Below are positions 60,202 to 64,000 of a stretch of 64,000 bases of DNA, in pieces; position 1 is the stretch's first letter, and each line of letters opens with the position of its first letter. The notes under the pieces are model-generated. The model was given only the letters and a program-made list of their open reading frames with translations. It was not told the DNA's origin and searched no databases. This stretch comes from a virus (lineage: Duplodnaviria; Caudoviricetes): positions 37,314 to 101,313 of IMG/VR virus record IMGVR_UViG_3300006846_000001; one strand, 5' to 3'. The position numbers and the translations under genes were made by a program.

Positions 60202-61782
60202 TCAGGCCGCGACGCACTTGAGGCGCATGAAGCGCAGCGCGGCGGAGCTGGCGGCCGTCTTGCGGATGGTCACGGGGTACCAGCCGGGCGTGTCGATGAC
60301 GACGGGCGTCCCCAGGGCGGTCTCTCCGATGGTGCCGGTGGTGCCGGTGGTGGCCACGGTCCCGCACGACGAGTTGCCGATGAGGACTTGGACGGTCCCG
60401 CCGGTGGTGGTGATCTGCTCGTAGCGGACGCGTGCGGTGTAGGTGCCCGGCTCGAACCACTTGCGGTGCCGGCGCTCGCGGACGGTGTTGTCCGCTGAGG
60501 TCGTGTCGTAGGTCTGGCCGTTCGTGATGCCGAAGCTGGCCGTCCAACTCGACCGGCGGGTGGGCGTGTCGGCCGCCTCGATGAGGGGGCCGCCTGGGTC
60601 CATGCGGGGCAGCCCGGAGGGGGCGGCGGGGTCGAGGATGTGGGCGACTTGGTCCGCGATCCAGAGTTGCCCGGCGTCGTTGGGGTGGCCGTTGCCGGCG
60701 TCGAAGGTCCCCCACCCGTCCGCTCCGTCAGGTAGGAGGGCGGCCAGGTCAACGGCGAAGGCCCGTTCCTCGTTGAAGAGTTGGGCGGCGTTGTGGGCCG
60801 CGTCCACGTAGGTGAAGGGCGCCGTGGGCATCATGAGGAGCATGTAGCCGGGCCGTGAGGTGATGCCCAGGCTGGCGATCTGGGCGTCGATGCGCTCCAT
60901 GATCGTCACGAGGTTGGCGCCGAAGTCGGCGGCGTCGCGGTCCTCGAGTGCGTCGTTGGGGCCGAGGCTGATGCCGATGAGGGCGGCGGTGCCGGCCATG
61001 GAGGCGAGGCTCTTGACCCAGTCGGTGTTGTCCACGAAGTGCTGTGTGGAGAAGCCGGCGTGCCCGAAGGCCAGGGTGTAGATGCTGTCGAAGGGCACAC
61101 CGAAGCCGATGCGGGTTCCATCGTGGACGAGGGCACCCTCGAGGATGAGGGGCGCGCTGGTGGCGGTGATGACGAGGGTGTGGACGCCGTAGTCCCCGAC
61201 GGTGCCGTAGGTGGCGGACTGGCCGGGGGTGAGGGTGCCGTTGGCGTTGATGACGGTTTGGGCGGCACCGTCGAGGGTCACTGCGGCGGCGGAGGGTCCG
61301 GTGGGGGTGCGGGTGTAGAGGATGTTGATGGTGTCGCCGAACCACACGATGGTCGCCGTGGCTGCGGCGGACATGGTCACGGCGTGGAGGTCGGCGCCGT
61401 AGAGGACGGAGCCGGCCACTGATCCTGTGTACGTCCAGGGGGCTTGGCCGCCGGGCCAGGTGTTCGCGGCCGTCGTGGAGAACGTGGAGGCTGCGGCGGG
61501 GTAGTAGAGGACGGTGGCCTCGCGGCGGGTGTTGAGGCGGTGGGCGAGCCGCTCGATCCATCGGAAGCTGCGCTTCGTCGGGTTGTACGCCTCGGTGAAG
61601 CTGTCGCCTAGCCATGCGGTGATGCAGGCGTTGCTCCCGGTGCGGGCCCTCACCGACTGGGCGCGGTACTCCGTGAGTGGCAAGTCGGCGCTCGTGGTGC
61701 CGCGGCGGGGTTGCTGATCCGCGGGGTAGGCCCGTACCGGCCGGCATTCGACCGGTACGGGGATCTGCGTGCAGTCGACCAT
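60202..61782 (-). CDS. SGNH/GDSL esterase with carbohydrate-binding-like domains (probably virion-associated)
   Basis: WLGDSFT, GHAG, LGPND, GHPNDAG; beta-sandwich insert and C-terminus. Confidence 0.8.
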   Translation of the reverse strand: MVDCTQIPVPVECRPVRAYPADQQPRRGTTSADLPLTEYRAQSVRARTGSNACITAWLGDSFTEAYNPTKRSFRWIERLAHRLNTRREATVLYYPAAASTFSTTAANTWPGGQAPWTYTGSVAGSVLYGADLHAVTMSAAATATIVWFGDTINILYTRTPTGPSAAAVTLDGAAQTVINANGTLTPGQSATYGTVGDYGVHTLVITATSAPLILEGALVHDGTRIGFGVPFDSIYTLAFGHAGFSTQHFVDNTDWVKSLASMAGTAALIGISLGPNDALEDRDAADFGANLVTIMERIDAQIASLGITSRPGYMLLMMPTAPFTYVDAAHNAAQLFNEERAFAVDLAALLPDGADGWGTFDAGNGHPNDAGQLWIADQVAHILDPAAPSGLPRMDPGGPLIEAADTPTRRSSWTASFGITNGQTYDTTSADNTVRERRHRKWFEPGTYTARVRYEQITTTGGTVQVLIGNSSCGTVATTGTTGTIGETALGTPVVIDTPGWYPVTIRKTAASSAALRFMRLKCVAA

Positions 61783-61797
61783 GACCCGCCGCCGGGC

Positions 61798-62463
61798 TCA
61801 GGCGACGGCCTGGTACCCGCAGGCGCTGGCCGGCACGGCGTCGTCGATGAACCACCCGTAGACGGACTCGCCCATGGAGACGGGGAAGGGATCGGCCGAG
61901 TACCCGGTGGCGAAGCCCGAGTTGGTCTGCGCGATGCCGGTGAAGCTCACGGTGCCCATGGCGTTCTCCATGGTCTTCTGGTCCACCTCCCAGTTCGTCA
62001 TGGGGAAGGTGTGGCGGTAGAAGGCCGGGGAGCCGTTGCGGAGGGCCCGCTGGCGGCCGTTCCACTGGTAGGACCACACCTCGATGGCCACGCCGTTGAC
62101 GTTGACGGTCGCGTCCGTCGAGGAGAGGTAACCGATGGTGTCGCCGCCGCCGGTGGCCGTGTCGATGACGGCGCCCCCGGCGAGGAGCTCGGTCACCTCG
62201 GCGTCATCGTTGCAGGTGGTGAGGGCGAGGTCGGCGGAGTCGACGGCCTTGGGCGGACCGATGTAGAGGGCGCACTGGTCGCCGCACCCGTCGATCTGCT
62301 CGAAGCGCTCCCGGTCGGGGCTCGTGGCCGTGTAGCTGAAGGTCGCCGGTGCTCCGTACTCGTAGCGCGACTCGGCGCCGACGAAGATCGTCCCGTCGTC
62401 GTCGAGGCGCAGGACGCGCAGGTGGCAGACCTTGAGTCGCTGGGTGCAAGTGGCGTTCGCCAT
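61798..62463 (-). CDS. Major tail protein
   Basis: LRVLRLDDDG, DGCG..C, AIEVWS, Y....P; strong SD; after the capsid genes. Confidence 0.75.
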   Translation of the reverse strand: MANATCTQRLKVCHLRVLRLDDDGTIFVGAESRYEYGAPATFSYTATSPDRERFEQIDGCGDQCALYIGPPKAVDSADLALTTCNDDAEVTELLAGGAVIDTATGGGDTIGYLSSTDATVNVNGVAIEVWSYQWNGRQRALRNGSPAFYRHTFPMTNWEVDQKTMENAMGTVSFTGIAQTNSGFATGYSADPFPVSMGESVYGWFIDDAVPASACGYQAVA

Positions 62464-62482
62464 GGTGGTGCCTTCCTCCCGG

Positions 62483-63358
62483 TCAGGCGGGCGGGGTGAA
62501 GTCGAGCTGGGCCGCGAGCTGGCAGCAGTTGCCCCAGAAGGCGGCGCCGGCTCGTTCTTGGATGATGCGGCGGGTGTTGACGCTGCGGTCCACGTCCGCG
62601 TAGTCCTGTCGATCGCCCAGGAGGACGTTGACCAGCGACGTGCCGTAGATCCACACGTCGTTGGGCGGGGTCACGGCATCGAAGTCGGGGGCGGCGGGCA
62701 GAGGGTCGGCCGCTGTGGCCCGGGGTCCCTGGCCCGTGTAGCCGGCCCCAGCGACGATGATGTTGCCGTTGGGGGAGAGCCACCGGTTGCCCTGGTAGTG
62801 CACGGCATTCGCCTCGGCCAGCACGGCCAGCGCGTATGGGGGCATGTGGATCATGCCCTGCACGTTGTGGAGGCACGTCGTCAGGCGCTGGTCCATGAGG
62901 GCAAACCCGTGCCGCGGGTCGAGGGCCGCGCCGGCCGCGATGTCCGTGGAGTTCCCATCGGCCAGGTGCATGCGATCGTCGAAGGGCGCGACGGTGTTGG
63001 CCGCCTCACCCGTCCACAGGAGCCGCTCGAGGAGTCGCGACTCGACGGTCAGGAGGTGCCGGTTGGCCCGTCCCTGCTCGTCGCCGACGCGTGACATGGT
63101 CGTGCACTTGAAGCCGCCCACGAGCATGCCGGGGATGTAGGACACGGCCGCCGGGTTGTCGCCGACTTCCTTGTCGTCATCCTCGGGGTCGGGCGTGTCG
63201 CAGTTGATCTCCAGGATGAGGCCGTCGTCGCAGGTCTCGGGGTTGAACCCGAAGCCGCCCTCCCATGCCTGCCCCTCCACCTCAGGCAGCGCGGCGAGGG
63301 CGAGGAGGCCGGTATTGGGCTGGCGGTTGGGCGGCGCCTGGATGATGTCGTTGAGCAT
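62483..63358 (-). CDS. Second capsid protein (pentamer/minor capsid-like)
   Basis: Directly after the major capsid gene; APP..GLL, W..G, E..LWTG, G.IH, GN.IV.GAGY, D...N. Confidence 0.6.
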   Translation of the reverse strand: MLNDIIQAPPNRQPNTGLLALAALPEVEGQAWEGGFGFNPETCDDGLILEINCDTPDPEDDDKEVGDNPAAVSYIPGMLVGGFKCTTMSRVGDEQGRANRHLLTVESRLLERLLWTGEAANTVAPFDDRMHLADGNSTDIAAGAALDPRHGFALMDQRLTTCLHNVQGMIHMPPYALAVLAEANAVHYQGNRWLSPNGNIIVAGAGYTGQGPRATAADPLPAAPDFDAVTPPNDVWIYGTSLVNVLLGDRQDYADVDRSVNTRRIIQERAGAAFWGNCCQLAAQLDFTPPA

Positions 63359-63379
63359 CTACGTCCTCTCTCCGGCCAC

Positions 63380-63411
63380 AGGCCCCGGGCCCACAAGGGG
63401 GCCCGGGGCCT
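63380..63411 (-). terminator. Hairpin after the major capsid gene
   Basis: 13-bp stem AGGCCCCGGGCCC/GGGCCCGGGGCCT. Confidence 0.6.
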
Positions 63412-63433
63412 TGCGTGCGCTACGTGGCCAGGA

Positions 63434-64000
63434 TCAGGTGTAGGAGGCGCAGAAGGGCGCCGGGTCGATGGTGCCGGCGACGGCACCGGAGGGGCACACG
63501 TCGATGGTCCCGTCGATGGCCTCCGGGCCGACCATGTGAACGTTCTCGAAGGTCTCCGAGAAGACCTGGAAGTCGTTCACCGCGTTGGTCGCGGTGTCGC
63601 GCACGACGCCCAGATCCAGCTCGCCGCCGTCGAGGTGGATGAAGGTCCCCGCCGGGTACATCACGTAGTTGATGGTCGGCGGGAGGGCGGCCAGGGCGGT
63701 GTCCGCGCCCTGGTTGCCGATGGTGTTCACGTCCGGTGACCACACGGGCGTGATGAACCGGGAGGCGAACCACGCGTTGATCTGCGCCTGGGCCAGCGTG
63801 AGGTTCTCCTGGAAGCTGCCGCCGGGCAGGCTGCGGGAGATGTCGATGCGGAAGATGGTGTTCAGCAGCGACGGGAGGATCACGATGAAGGGGAAGTCGT
63901 CGTCCAGGCGGTGCCGCGAGCGCATGCCGGCGGCCGTCTGGTCGAGGATCGTGAGGACGTCCCGCGACGCGGAGAAGTCCGTCATCGTGTTGGTCGTCGT
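63434..64000 (-). CDS. Major capsid protein (C-terminal part; 5' end outside window)
   Basis: YPAGTF.HLDGGELDLGVVRD...N..NDFQ.FSETFE, CPSG, as in actinophage capsids. Confidence 0.8.
   Translation of the reverse strand, partial: TTTNTMTDFSASRDVLTILDQTAAGMRSRHRLDDDFPFIVILPSLLNTIFRIDISRSLPGGSFQENLTLAQAQINAWFASRFITPVWSPDVNTIGNQGADTALAALPPTINYVMYPAGTFIHLDGGELDLGVVRDTATNAVNDFQVFSETFENVHMVGPEAIDGTIDVCPSGAVAGTIDPAPFCASYT

Noticed and set aside
226-63739. Long plus-strand ORFs (e.g. 22953-24719, 28609-30615, 31782-33230, 38186-39565)
   Set aside because: They are antisense shadows of well-supported minus-strand genes in high-GC DNA, with low-complexity translations and no motifs.
1-64000. Diversity-generating retroelement, retron, integrase or transposase
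   Set aside because: No reverse transcriptase, recombinase or transposase motifs and no TR/VR pair were noticed; lifestyle cannot be determined from this window.

Overview
The window is about 64 kb of a very GC-rich (by eye >70%) tailed dsDNA actinobacteriophage-like genome. Essentially every credible gene is on the minus strand; the long plus-strand ORFs are GC-shadow artefacts. In transcription order (64000 to 1) it holds capsid and tail genes, a nine-enzyme glycosyltransferase/methyltransferase/acetyltransferase cluster inside the virion genes, tail chaperones with a -1 slippery site, tape measure, minor tails and lysis genes. Next come recombination and replication genes (Gam, ERF, initiator with iterons, DnaC-like loader, amino-methylase, HNH, VRR-NUC, and an SF2 helicase with a class 3 intein). 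These are followed by a six-gene ParB/IbrA/IbrB/PP-loop/amidotransferase/cupin-UDG operon, a C5 methylase, an SDR, many small ORFans and a terminase-small-like gene. The best candidates for undescribed biology are: (1) the putative DNA-modification operon at 15452-20432, with a highly structured 220-nt element just upstream; (2) a genome-wide promoter/operator palindrome CTAACCCGGGTTAG (8 exact and about 12 variant copies) driving leaderless genes that start ATGAGCAC, often as self-contained cassettes; (3) the large glycan-tailoring cluster containing an LPXTG/Excalibur surface protein. All functional calls come from reading motifs by eye; no searches were run. No integrase, tRNA, CRISPR array or reverse transcriptase was seen.
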